NCBI GenBank assembly: GCA_009692665.1
Contig: SHYT01000003.1
Span: 66,389 to 130,388 of the forward strand
Reading direction: 5' to 3'
Length of the DNA: 64,000 nucleotides
Origin: Dehalococcoidia bacterium
GTDB lineage: Bacteria; Chloroflexota; Dehalococcoidia; Lucifugimonadales; SHYT01
Part shown: piece after piece, positions 10,511 to 19,788 of the stretch
Position numbering within the stretch: the stretch's first letter is position 1
Layout: every line of letters begins with the position of its first letter
Program-made: the position numbers and the translations under genes
The notes under the pieces: generated by a model
Databases searched by the model: none
Told to the model about the DNA's origin: nothing
Seen by the model: the letters and a program-made list of their open reading frames with translations, nothing else

Positions 10511-10738
10511 ATGGACATGCTGACATTAGCAACGAAGCACCAGGAGACCTGCAAAGCGCTCTCGCGCAAACCACGCGCAGATCTGTTGCTTTGGTATGCG
10601 GACTTAGGCGTGGAAGTGGACGATAACGAAGAGGTCGTCGACTACCATTGTCCAATCTGTGGCCGGCGGCGCACCATGCCGCTGGAGTTGTTTGTGTGTG
10701 TGGGCGAACGCACCGACCTCCGCTGCAGCGAGTACTAG
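10511..10738 (+). CDS. 75-aa Cys/His-rich hypothetical protein (possible Zn-binding)
   Basis: SD GGGGAGGT before ATG 10511; HQETC...HCPICG...C...C. Confidence 0.6.
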   Translation: MDMLTLATKHQETCKALSRKPRADLLLWYADLGVEVDDNEEVVDYHCPICGRRRTMPLELFVCVGERTDLRCSEY

Positions 10739-10836
10739 GGCGACCCGGACGAGCGCGACGGCGAATAGCACTACCATAACGTGGATCCAACGTGACCCGG
10801 AAATACCAGCTCATGGGGAGCTGAAGGGAGAGGCGC

Positions 10837-11070
10837 ATGGCCGTTCGAGCATTTGTGCTCATCACCGTGGATGCACTGCGGACTCGTGAGGTGATTGACC
10901 AGCTAAAGAAAGGCAAGCGCATCAAGACGGTCAACGAAGTGCTTGGCCCGTACGACATCGTGGCGGAGATTGAATCACCGGAACTGGATGATGTGACCAG
11001 CATTCTGCGCGAGGACATCCGGCCCGTCTCCGGCATCCGCAATACACTGACCTGCGTGGTCGTGCGCTAG
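10837..11070 (+). CDS. Stand-alone Lrp/AsnC ligand-binding (RAM) domain protein
   Basis: VRAFVLITV...EVLGPYDIVAEI...IRPVSGIRNTLTC pattern; 77 aa, no HTH; SD GGAGAGG. Confidence 0.85.
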   Translation: MAVRAFVLITVDALRTREVIDQLKKGKRIKTVNEVLGPYDIVAEIESPELDDVTSILREDIRPVSGIRNTLTCVVVR

Positions 11071-11112
11071 TATAGCCAGCACCGCGTGCCGAGTTGGTGA
11101 GGATAGGCGCCC

Positions 11113-12126
11113 ATGATTCGTGAAGCAATTGACGCGGCTGTCTCCGGCCGCAACCTGACGGAGCAGGAAGCCGCCGTGTGCATGGAAGAGATCATGACCG
11201 GAACGGCTACGTCCGCGCAGATTGCCGCGCTCCTGACTGCCTTGCGCATCAAGGGTGAGACTGCTGACGAGATCGCGGGCATGGCGCGGGTGATGCGCGA
11301 CAAGGCCTTGCGTGTGGATGTTGCTGGCCCACTTCTGGACGTGGTTGGCACAGGTGGCGACGGCAAAGGCACCTTTAACATTTCCACTACTAGCGCGCTC
11401 GTCGTTGCGGGCGCGGGAGTGCGCATCGCCAAGCACGGCAACCGCGCGGCTTCTGGCATCACCGGCAGCGCCGACTTGCTGGAGGCGTGTGGCGTGAAGC
11501 TGGCGCTAAGTCCTGCCAGCGTCAAGCGCTGCATCGAAGAAGTCGGCATCGGCTTCATGTTTGCGCCCGCCTATCACCCGGCCATGAAGTTCGCCGCGCC
11601 CGTGCGCCGCGAAATCGGCATCCGTACCATCTTCAACGTGCTGGGGCCGCTGACAAACCCAGCATTCGCGCAATACCAACTCGTTGGCGTGGCGCAGGAG
11701 CGATTGGGCAGCCTGGTGGCGCACGCCTTTTTGGCGCTCGGCTCCAAGCACGCGCTTGTGGTGCATGGTGAGGATGGCATCGATGAGCTGACGCTGTCCG
11801 GCCCATCGCGTGTGTGGGAAGTGCAGCACGGCGCCGTCAAGGAAGCCCGCATGACGCCTGAAGACGCGGGCTTGAAGCGCGTTCCCACCGATGCCTTGAA
11901 GGGAGGCGACGCTCAAGCTAACAAGGTCGCGCTGGATAAACTTCTGCACGGCACGCCCGGCCCTATCCGTGACGTCGTGCTGTACAACTCGGCCGCCGCG
12001 CTCTTGGCCGCCGACCAGGTCAAAACGCTCAAAGAAGGCGTACAAAAGGCGGCCGCGTCCATTGACCAGGGCCAGGCGCTGAAGAAACTGCAAGCGCTGA
12101 TGGAACTCAGCCAGAAACTGGAGTAG
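11113..12126 (+). CDS. trpD: Anthranilate phosphoribosyltransferase
   Basis: VGTGGDG, FNIST, KHGNR, GSADLLE, GPLTNP. Confidence 0.97.
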   Translation: MIREAIDAAVSGRNLTEQEAAVCMEEIMTGTATSAQIAALLTALRIKGETADEIAGMARVMRDKALRVDVAGPLLDVVGTGGDGKGTFNISTTSALVVAGAGVRIAKHGNRAASGITGSADLLEACGVKLALSPASVKRCIEEVGIGFMFAPAYHPAMKFAAPVRREIGIRTIFNVLGPLTNPAFAQYQLVGVAQERLGSLVAHAFLALGSKHALVVHGEDGIDELTLSGPSRVWEVQHGAVKEARMTPEDAGLKRVPTDALKGGDAQANKVALDKLLHGTPGPIRDVVLYNSAAALLAADQVKTLKEGVQKAAASIDQGQALKKLQALMELSQKLE

Positions 12127-12129
12127 GCG

Positions 12130-12930
12130 ATGCCCAACCTCCTAGACCCCATCGTCGAAGCCAAGCGCAAAGAAGTCGCTGAGCGCAAGGTGCAGACGCC
12201 GTTGGCGGAGCTGGAAAAGCGCATAGCGGCTGAGCCCATGCCGTTCAACTTCTCCGGTGCGCTCTGGGGCCAGTCCATGCGCCTCATCGCCGAAGTGAAG
12301 AAGGCATCGCCGTCCAAGGGCCTTCTTATGCCTGACTTTGACCCCGTGCGCCTCGCAACCACCTACGCGCGGAACGGCGCTGCCGCTATTTCCTGTCTGA
12401 CTGACCAGCACTTCCAGGGCACCATTGACCATCTGCGCATCGTGAAGGATGCGGTGAAGGCCAAGAAAGTCCCCGTGCTCCGCAAGGACTTTGTGATTGA
12501 CCAGTACCAGCTTTTTGAAGCGCGGGCGTACGGCGCTGACGCCTCGCTGCTCATCGTGGCCATTCTTCAGCCGCAGGAGCTAAAAGACCTCATGAAGCAG
12601 GCGAAGATGCTCTGGCTCCAGTGCCTGGTTGAGGTGCATACGGAAGAAGATCTCGCGCAGGCGGTGGACGCGGGTGCAGAGGTCATCGGAATCAACAACC
12701 GCGACCTGCACACTTTCCACACCACGTTAGACGTGACGGAGCGCATTGCACCGAAGGTGCCGCGCGGCAAAGTCCTCGTCAGCGAAAGCGGCATCAGCAC
12801 GCACGCTGACGTGCAGCGCCTCTCCAAGCTTGGCGTCCACGCCATCCTCGTTGGCGAGGCGCTGGTCACTTCCAAGGACATTGGCGCGAAGATGCACGAA
12901 CTGGTTGGCGCGGGCGTTCCCGCACGCTGA
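12130..12930 (+). CDS. trpC: Indole-3-glycerol phosphate synthase
   Basis: IAEVKKASPSKG, LRKDF, GINNRDL, VSESGI. Confidence 0.97.
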   Translation: MPNLLDPIVEAKRKEVAERKVQTPLAELEKRIAAEPMPFNFSGALWGQSMRLIAEVKKASPSKGLLMPDFDPVRLATTYARNGAAAISCLTDQHFQGTIDHLRIVKDAVKAKKVPVLRKDFVIDQYQLFEARAYGADASLLIVAILQPQELKDLMKQAKMLWLQCLVEVHTEEDLAQAVDAGAEVIGINNRDLHTFHTTLDVTERIAPKVPRGKVLVSESGISTHADVQRLSKLGVHAILVGEALVTSKDIGAKMHELVGAGVPAR

Positions 12931-13583
12931 TGCTCGTCAAAATCTGCGGCCTTCGCGAACCGGCACACGCCTTGGCTGCGGCTGAGTCGGGTGCTGACCT
13001 CCTTGGCATGATTTTCGTTCCCAGTACCCGACGCTACATCACGCCAGACCAGGCACGCGCCATTGTCCAAGCAGTCCGCAAAGCACGCGGCGCAAATGCC
13101 CCGAAGCTCATCGGCGTCTTTCAGAACCAGCCGATTGCCCAGGTGAACGAACTCGCCCAAGGTGTTGGGCTTGACTACGTGCAGCTTGCCGGCAACGAGT
13201 CCAACGATTTCTGCAAGCAGTCCGCTCTGCCTCCACTCAAGGTTCTGCACGTACGTGCAGACCGGCCGCGCGAGCAGACCATTGCCGAATTGGACACGCG
13301 CCTCAGCGAGTTGAACACGGCCGGATGGCTCGCCATGCTGGACAAGTATTTGGACGCGCAGGGCGGCGGGACGGGCCAGACCTTTGACTGGACCATCGCC
13401 GCGGAGCTTGCTGGGCGCGGGCACCGTTTTCTGCTGGCTGGCGGCCTGACGTCGGAGAACGTGTCGCAAGCTGTGCGTGCAGCGCATCCGTTCGGCGTCG
13501 ACGTGTCCAGCGGGGTTGAGACGAGCGGCGCCAAAGACATCGCCAAGATTCAGGCGTTCATTAAGGTGGCACGCACCGCCTAG
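12930..13583 (+). CDS. trpF: Phosphoribosylanthranilate isomerase
   Basis: VKICGL, GGGTGQTFDW, LAGGL, VDVSSGVE. Confidence 0.95.
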   Translation: MLVKICGLREPAHALAAAESGADLLGMIFVPSTRRYITPDQARAIVQAVRKARGANAPKLIGVFQNQPIAQVNELAQGVGLDYVQLAGNESNDFCKQSALPPLKVLHVRADRPREQTIAELDTRLSELNTAGWLAMLDKYLDAQGGGTGQTFDWTIAAELAGRGHRFLLAGGLTSENVSQAVRAAHPFGVDVSSGVETSGAKDIAKIQAFIKVARTA

Positions 13584-13591
13584 CAGGACTG

Positions 13592-14044
13592 ATGTCGTGG
13601 CTCTTCATTGCCGCAGTTGCCGTCGTAGCGCTCCTCGTTCTCGGCGGTGCCATCTACGGCGGCGGCACAAACATCCAGGGCGGCCTGCGCGAGGCGCAGC
13701 GCATCCTGGGCAAGCACAAGCTCGGCATGAAACAGGTGATCCTCATCACGGACGGGCAGCCGACAACGTACACCACCGACGACGGCCACGTGGTGGGGTG
13801 GGGGCGGTTCCGCGCCACGCCGGACGTGCTGGCGGCGACTCTCAAAGAGCTATCGCGATGCACCAAGGACAACATCACCATTAACACCTTCATGATGACC
13901 AACCAGGACCGCACGTTGACGGAGTTTGTGCGGATGATGGCGGAGATCAATAACGGCCGCGCGTTCTTCACTACTCCTAACCACCTTGGCGAGTACATCC
14001 TGGTTGACTACCTGGGCAAAAAGAGCAAGATTTTAGGCGGCTAA
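13592..14044 (+). CDS. C-terminal half of a vWA domain (COG4867-like) behind an N-terminal hydrophobic helix
   Basis: GTNIQGGL, VILITDGQPT, INTFMM, GRAFFTTP..LGEYILVDY; MIDAS DxSxS strand absent. Confidence 0.65.
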   Translation: MSWLFIAAVAVVALLVLGGAIYGGGTNIQGGLREAQRILGKHKLGMKQVILITDGQPTTYTTDDGHVVGWGRFRATPDVLAATLKELSRCTKDNITINTFMMTNQDRTLTEFVRMMAEINNGRAFFTTPNHLGEYILVDYLGKKSKILGG

Positions 14045-14186
14045 CGGGCTCGTCGCGTGAATCTCCGCATCCGCTCCATTGTTGCTGACCCTTCCTCCAG
14101 GTCTTGGGCAATGGCGAGGCGTTTTCAGGGAGCCTGAGCCGCATATCCGCTATCATGGGTGAGTCAGTTCGCCTTCAGGAGATGCC

Positions 14187-15395
14187 ATGGCTACTTCCAA
14201 AACAACAGGGAAAGTGCCTGACGAGCAAGGCCGCTTTGGCCCGTACGGCGGGCGGTTTGTGCCCGAGACGCTCATGGGCGCGCTGGACGAACTGACGAAG
14301 GCGTATGACGCGGCTCGGAACGACGCGGCGTTTCAGGCCGAGCTGGTGTCGCTGCTAAAGAGCTATGTGGGACGGCCTACGCCTCTGACGTTTGCCGATA
14401 ACCTCTCAAGGAAACTCGGGGGTGCCCGCATTTACCTTAAGAGAGAAGACCTGGCGCATACGGGGGCGCACAAGATTAACAACGCCATCGGGCAGGCGCT
14501 GCTGGCCAAGCGGCTTGGGAAGCACCGGATCATCGCGGAGACGGGCGCGGGCCAGCACGGAGTCGCCACGGCAACGGTGTGCGCAAAGCTGGGGATGGAG
14601 TGCATCGTCTACATGGGCAGCGAGGATATTGTGCGCCAAGCTCCGAACGTGCTCCGCATGCGGCTGCTGGGCGCGAAAGTCGTCCCCGTAGTGAGTGGCA
14701 GCAAGACGCTGAAAGACGCTATTAACGAGGCGGTTCGCGATTGGGTAACGAACATCCGCACGACGCACTACCTCCTGGGCAGCGCCGTGGGGCCGCACCC
14801 GTACCCGATGATGGTGCGCGACTTCCAATCGGTGATCGGGCTCGAGGCACGGCAGCAGATTCTGGACGCCGAGGGGCGCTTGCCTGACTACGTGGTAGCG
14901 TGTGTGGGCGGCGGGAGCAACGCCATCGGCACGTTCCATCCGTTTGTGGACGATTCTGGTGTGCACCTAGTGGGCGTAGAGGCCGGAGGCCAAGGTATGG
15001 AGACAGGGAAGCATGCGGCGACGCTGACGGCGGGCCGGCCGGGGGTACTGCACGGGTCGTACTCGTACCTCCTGCAGGACCACGACGGGCAGGTGCTGGA
15101 GGCGTACAGCATATCGGCGGGTTTGGACTATCCGGGGGTGGGGCCCGAGCACTCGTACTTGAAAGATATGGGGCGGGCGACGTACGTGAATGTGACGGAC
15201 GCGCAGGCGCTGGAGGCGTTTCAACTGCTGTGCCGCACGGAGGGGATCATCCCTGCGCTGGAGCCTTCGCACGCGCTGGCGTACGTGCGGGAGCTGGCGC
15301 CTCGGCTGGCGAAGGACAACATCGTGGTGATGTGCTTGAGCGGACGCGGGGACAAGGACATGCCGATTATCACGAAGGCACTCGGCATGACTTAG
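14187..15395 (+). CDS. trpB: Tryptophan synthase beta subunit
   Basis: [51 protein letters not shown]. Confidence 0.97.
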   Translation: MATSKTTGKVPDEQGRFGPYGGRFVPETLMGALDELTKAYDAARNDAAFQAELVSLLKSYVGRPTPLTFADNLSRKLGGARIYLKREDLAHTGAHKINNAIGQALLAKRLGKHRIIAETGAGQHGVATATVCAKLGMECIVYMGSEDIVRQAPNVLRMRLLGAKVVPVVSGSKTLKDAINEAVRDWVTNIRTTHYLLGSAVGPHPYPMMVRDFQSVIGLEARQQILDAEGRLPDYVVACVGGGSNAIGTFHPFVDDSGVHLVGVEAGGQGMETGKHAATLTAGRPGVLHGSYSYLLQDHDGQVLEAYSISAGLDYPGVGPEHSYLKDMGRATYVNVTDAQALEAFQLLCRTEGIIPALEPSHALAYVRELAPRLAKDNIVVMCLSGRGDKDMPIITKALGMT

Positions 15396-15696
15396 TCCTG
15401 CACCATAAGGGCTTGAGATGGGTACATTTATGAGCGGGATGCTCCTCGCGATTTTGATGAGTGCGAGTTCCACTCTGGAAAGCTGTACACGAAGCATCCA
15501 GTCAGCCGCGGACTGTGTCGTCATTTCAGTCTCTCCATACTGGATACACTTCACCATACCTCTCAGCGCAGGTGTAGGAAACCCCTTAGATTTTAGGAAC
15601 TCCTGTAGTGCGGTTAAGCCATTCTGCTAATGTAGAATAGATGCTGGATTTAGCGGCACTCTGTGTTCCTCTTCGTGACCCCATGAAAGGAGCTTC

Positions 15697-16986
15697 ATGA
15701 CAACCGCGCCCAACTACCAGGCGCCCGCCACCCTTCGCAAGCAAGACCCTCAATTGGCAGCCGCGCTTGAAAAAGAGATGCGCCGCCAGGTGGAGTCCGT
15801 CATCCTTATTGCATCGGAAAACTACGCGTCCAGGGCAGTCATGGAAGCCACCGGCTCGGTAATGACGAACAAGTACGCGGAAGGGTATCCCGGCAGGCGC
15901 TACTATGGCGGCTGTGAATTTGTGGACGTTGCGGAAAACTTGGCGATTGAACGCGCCAAGAAGCTGTTTGGCGCGGAGCATGCAAACGTGCAGCCGCACT
16001 CCGGCACACAGGCGAACATGGCGGCGTACTTCGCGCTACTCCAGCCAAACGACGTGGTCATGGGCATGAAACTGGATCAGGGGGGCCACCTCTCCCACGG
16101 CAGTCCTGTGAACTTCTCAGGCAAGACATACAAGTTTACAGCGTACGGTGTTGACCGCGAGACGGAGCGCATCGACTTTGCTGAGGTAGAGCGGCTAGCC
16201 AAGGAGCATCGGCCCAAGCTTATTGTCGCGGGTGCAACCGCCTACCCACGCACTATAGACTTTGCACGCTTCCGCGCTATTGCAGATGAGATCGGCGCAA
16301 TGTTGATGGTCGACATGGCGCACATTGCAGGACTCGTGGCGGGCGGTGCGCACCCAACGCCGGTAGGCCACGCGCAGATTGTGACGACCACTACGCACAA
16401 GTCGCTGCGCGGTCCTCGTGCGGCGATGGTGCTATCCACGCAGGCGCTGGCCGCGAATGTCGACCGTGCGGTGTTCCCTCAGGCACAGGGCGGGCCGTTC
16501 ATGAACGTGATTGCTGCGAAAGCCGTGTGCTTTGATGAGGCGCTAAAGCCGGGGTTCAAGCAGTACGCAGCACGAATTGTGGAGAACGCCAAAGCACTGG
16601 CGCAGACGTTGCAAAGCAATAAAATCCGCATCGTATCTGGCGGCACGGACAACCACCTGATGCTGGTTGATGTGGGATCGCTGGGCCTGACGGGCAGGGA
16701 CGCCGAGGAATCGCTGGGGCGTGCGAACATCCATCTGAACCGCAATACCATCCCGTACGACACGAAGCCCGCGCGCGTAACCAGCGGTCTGCGCATTGGC
16801 ACGCCGGCGGTCGCCTCTCGCGGCATGGGGCCAAAAGAGATGACTCAGGTGGGCGAGGCCATTGTGGAGGTGCTGGCGCACATGGGCGACGCCAGCGTGG
16901 AGAAGCGCGTTGGCGAGCGCATGGCCAAGATGGCGAGCGGATTCCCGGTGCCGGGGATTACAGCGGACAGCGGGTGGCCTCTGTAG
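15697..16986 (+). CDS. glyA: Serine hydroxymethyltransferase
   Basis: [34 protein letters not shown]. Confidence 0.97.
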   Translation: MTTAPNYQAPATLRKQDPQLAAALEKEMRRQVESVILIASENYASRAVMEATGSVMTNKYAEGYPGRRYYGGCEFVDVAENLAIERAKKLFGAEHANVQPHSGTQANMAAYFALLQPNDVVMGMKLDQGGHLSHGSPVNFSGKTYKFTAYGVDRETERIDFAEVERLAKEHRPKLIVAGATAYPRTIDFARFRAIADEIGAMLMVDMAHIAGLVAGGAHPTPVGHAQIVTTTTHKSLRGPRAAMVLSTQALAANVDRAVFPQAQGGPFMNVIAAKAVCFDEALKPGFKQYAARIVENAKALAQTLQSNKIRIVSGGTDNHLMLVDVGSLGLTGRDAEESLGRANIHLNRNTIPYDTKPARVTSGLRIGTPAVASRGMGPKEMTQVGEAIVEVLAHMGDASVEKRVGERMAKMASGFPVPGITADSGWPL

Positions 16987-17147
16987 CCCTTAGTAGGCTG
17001 TCGCAATCTCCACGTAAGCATCCGGCTTCTGTGAAGACGCCAATTGACTCCGAAGTCATCTTGCTTGTCCACCGCTAACGAGTTGCCAATTGTTGAAAGG
17101 TGGATGACTTCTGCTGAGGGGCGCCAGTGAAGTCGGTCACGTTGGTA

Positions 17148-17156
17148 TGCTATAAT
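17148..17156 (+). promoter_or_regulatory. Extended -10 promoter (TGnTATAAT) of rpsF-ssb-rpsR
   Basis: TGCTATAAT ~65 nt upstream of the rpsF start. Confidence 0.65.
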
Positions 17157-17174
17157 CTTGCGGCGGGTTGAGAA

Positions 17175-17222
17175 GCCCGAATGGTATCCTTTTGCGTAAT
17201 TGATGATTCCCGAGGAGGCCCC
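17175..17222 (+). promoter_or_regulatory. Possible S6:S18-type ribosomal leader
   Basis: TCCTTTT can pair the GAGGAGG SD, with CCCG directly before it; position fits the known S6:S18 autoregulatory leader. Confidence 0.3.
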
Positions 17223-17555
17223 TTGGCAAACACGTATGATTTGACGATTGTTTTTAATCCTGCGGCTGCGGAGGATCGCGTGGCGGCGGTCATGGATCGT
17301 GTGCAACGTATCATCACGGAGCAGTCTGGCAGCATCCTCAAGCAGGAAAATCAGGGCATCAAAAAGCTGTCCTACCCCATTAAGCACCTGCAAGAGGGCA
17401 ACTACATGTATACGCAGTTCCAGGGCGGCCCCCAGACTGGCCATGAGCTGTCCACCAACCTGCGCGTCAGCGACGATGTGATGCGCTATCTGGTGGTGGA
17501 CACACATGTCAAACGGCCAAAGCCATTCAAACTTCGCCGCAGAAAGCCGCAGTAG
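17223..17555 (+). CDS. rpsF: 30S ribosomal protein S6
   Basis: YDLTIVFNP, GIKKLSYPIK..EGNY, VMRYLVV; TTG start after GAGGAGG. Confidence 0.93.
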   Translation: MANTYDLTIVFNPAAAEDRVAAVMDRVQRIITEQSGSILKQENQGIKKLSYPIKHLQEGNYMYTQFQGGPQTGHELSTNLRVSDDVMRYLVVDTHVKRPKPFKLRRRKPQ

Positions 17556-17558
17556 CAC

Positions 17559-17972
17559 GTGGTTGGCCATATCCGCATCATTGTTATAGGACGCGTAGGC
17601 ACCGACCCTGAAATGCGGTATTCCGCGCAGGGGGTGGCGCGCACCACCTTTCGTTTCGCCAGCAGTCGCTATGTAAATACCCCCGGTGGCGAGCGGCAGG
17701 AGGAAACGGAGTGGTTCACCGTGGTGGCCTTCCGGCAACTAGCGGAGCAAGCCAACCAGTTCCTGGTAAAAGGGCAGCGCGCATACGTTGAGGGTCGCCT
17801 TCATTCGCGGTCATACGAAGCCAACGACGGCAAAGCGCGCTTCGTTAACGAGATTGTCGCCGACCGCATCCTGTTCCTTGATCGGGCAAGCACGAGCGGG
17901 CCTGGCGTCGAAGGCTCTCCTGCACCAGCGCCGGAAGCTGGCCAGGTGGAGGCGGAGGACCTGCCGTTCTAG
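17559..17972 (+). CDS. ssb: Single-stranded DNA-binding protein
   Basis: IGRVGTDPEMRY, ETEWFTVV, VEGRL, acidic EDLPF tail. Confidence 0.95.
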   Translation: MVGHIRIIVIGRVGTDPEMRYSAQGVARTTFRFASSRYVNTPGGERQEETEWFTVVAFRQLAEQANQFLVKGQRAYVEGRLHSRSYEANDGKARFVNEIVADRILFLDRASTSGPGVEGSPAPAPEAGQVEAEDLPF

Positions 17973-18092
17973 CATATCCCTGCCTTTATTCCCAGCGTGC
18001 CTTAGAGTAAGTCCCTTGGCATGGAATACAGTTGGCGCATCAGGTACGGGCACTGAGTCTTTGCAATCACCAGAACTTGAGGAGAGCAACAT

Positions 18093-18626
18093 ATGACCAC
18101 GCGACCGAGCGGAGCAGGCGGAGGATCAGGACCACGCAGGTTTGGGCCTCCAGGCGCTGGCGGACCATCCTCCGGTGGCGCTGGCGGCGGGCCAGGCGGC
18201 GTCAGGCCGCGTACGGGCCGCGGCCGTAGGTTTTTTCCGCCACGCCGCAAAGTGTGTCAGTTCTGCATTGACCACGTTCCATCCATTGATTATAAGGACG
18301 GGGGCCGTCTTCGCAGATACCTGTCGGAGCGCGCACGCATTGAGCCCCGGCGCAAGACCGGCACGTGTGCTAAGCATCAGCGCGCCCTGGCCGTGGCTAT
18401 CAAACGCGCACGGCACCTTGGGCTGCTGCCGTTCATTGGCACCATCCAGAGCGAGTTCCATCGTGAGCGTCCACCGCGTGACTTTGGGCCGCGTAACTTT
18501 GGGCCGCGTCCACCAATGGACCAACAAATGCAGCCACCCATTGAGCCTCCCGCAATGACGGACACGGCGGTGCCAGCACCTGGAGCCGAGCCCGCCGCGG
18601 TGGGCCCGGCTCCAGCACAAGGCTAA
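18093..18626 (+). CDS. rpsR: 30S ribosomal protein S18 (Zn-binding type) with long low-complexity extensions
   Basis: [35 protein letters not shown]. Confidence 0.95.
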   Translation: MTTRPSGAGGGSGPRRFGPPGAGGPSSGGAGGGPGGVRPRTGRGRRFFPPRRKVCQFCIDHVPSIDYKDGGRLRRYLSERARIEPRRKTGTCAKHQRALAVAIKRARHLGLLPFIGTIQSEFHRERPPRDFGPRNFGPRPPMDQQMQPPIEPPAMTDTAVPAPGAEPAAVGPAPAQG

Positions 18627-18685
18627 GCGTCGATTCGCATTACTCTTCTATCTAACTTGCACAGCGTGGTTAGGGGTTAGGGCGT

Positions 18686-19780
18686 ATGGCACAACGAGGC
18701 AAGGCAGTAGCGGCAAAGAATACGGCCCGCACCGAAACGCGAGCCGGTACCCGGCGGCTCTCCAGACGCGCTCAGACGGAGCAGCGCAACATCAGGCGCT
18801 TTCTGGTTATAGCCATCATAGGCCTTGTTGCCATTCTCACTATTCCGGCCGTTGGCTACTACATCACCATCATTGGCCCCACCCGGGAAATGGTGGTCAA
18901 GGTGAACGATACTAAGTACACCCTGGGCTACCTGCTGAAGATTCTGCGCAGCTATCAGTACACCAGTAGCGGCTCCTTAGACTTGTCCCGTGTGCCCTTT
19001 GACGTGGTGCACCTTATCGAAGAGAACGAGTTGGCACGGCAGTTTGCGCCTACACTAAACATTACGGTCACTGATGCAGAGGTGGCCGCAGACATTCGCA
19101 AGACTCTTATGGGCAAACCAAAACCAGGCGATACCACCGCACAAGACCAGCTTGACCGCGAATTTAAGGAGCGGTACCGCAACATGCTCACCGCAAGCAA
19201 GCTGAGCGAAGCCGAGCACCGTGAACTGGTACGCAGCAGCCTTCTCCGCGATCGGGTCACCGAGCGCGTCAGCACAGATATTGCGACCGTAGGGCCGCAG
19301 TACCACATGTACGCGATCACCTTCGACAGCGAGGCGCGTGCCAAGGAGGCGAAAGCCGAATTTGAACGCGGGCTCGCGTTCAAAGACCTGGTCGCCAAGT
19401 ACTCCACAGAAACAGAAGCGGTGCGCAAAGAGGGCGCGGTTGGTTGGTTCGCGCGTGGGCTGTCCAGTTCGCTTGACGACCTTGCGGACAAACTTGCGGT
19501 GAACCAGCTCTCTGACATCACCCAAAACAACACGCCCGCTGCTCCCGGCCAGCCCGGCAAGGTGCAGTACAGCATGTTCATGATCAGAGAGAAGGCGGAC
19601 GCCAGAGAGCTCACAGACGACCAGAAGAGCCAGTTCAAGCAGCAGGCGTTCCAGAAGTGGCTCAACGAGCAGCGCACCAAGAGTGTGGTGGAAACCAAGT
19701 TTGGTTCTGACCAGTACACCTGGGTTGTCCAGCAGCTTCAAAAGAGCGCGCCCAGGCGGCCCCAGGCGCCCCAAGGCTAG
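18686..19780 (+). CDS. Membrane-anchored SurA/PrsA-like peptidyl-prolyl isomerase/chaperone
   Basis: N-terminal TM, SurA-N-like helical region, parvulin-like FKDLVAKYS..EGAVGWF. Confidence 0.75.
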   Translation: MAQRGKAVAAKNTARTETRAGTRRLSRRAQTEQRNIRRFLVIAIIGLVAILTIPAVGYYITIIGPTREMVVKVNDTKYTLGYLLKILRSYQYTSSGSLDLSRVPFDVVHLIEENELARQFAPTLNITVTDAEVAADIRKTLMGKPKPGDTTAQDQLDREFKERYRNMLTASKLSEAEHRELVRSSLLRDRVTERVSTDIATVGPQYHMYAITFDSEARAKEAKAEFERGLAFKDLVAKYSTETEAVRKEGAVGWFARGLSSSLDDLADKLAVNQLSDITQNNTPAAPGQPGKVQYSMFMIREKADARELTDDQKSQFKQQAFQKWLNEQRTKSVVETKFGSDQYTWVVQQLQKSAPRRPQAPQG

Positions 19781-19788
19781 GGCGCAGC

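Noticed and set aside
15396-15696. ZTP, glycine or T-box riboswitch upstream of glyA; trpA remnant
   Set aside because: Consensus elements not found, and no TrpA motifs in any frame I could read
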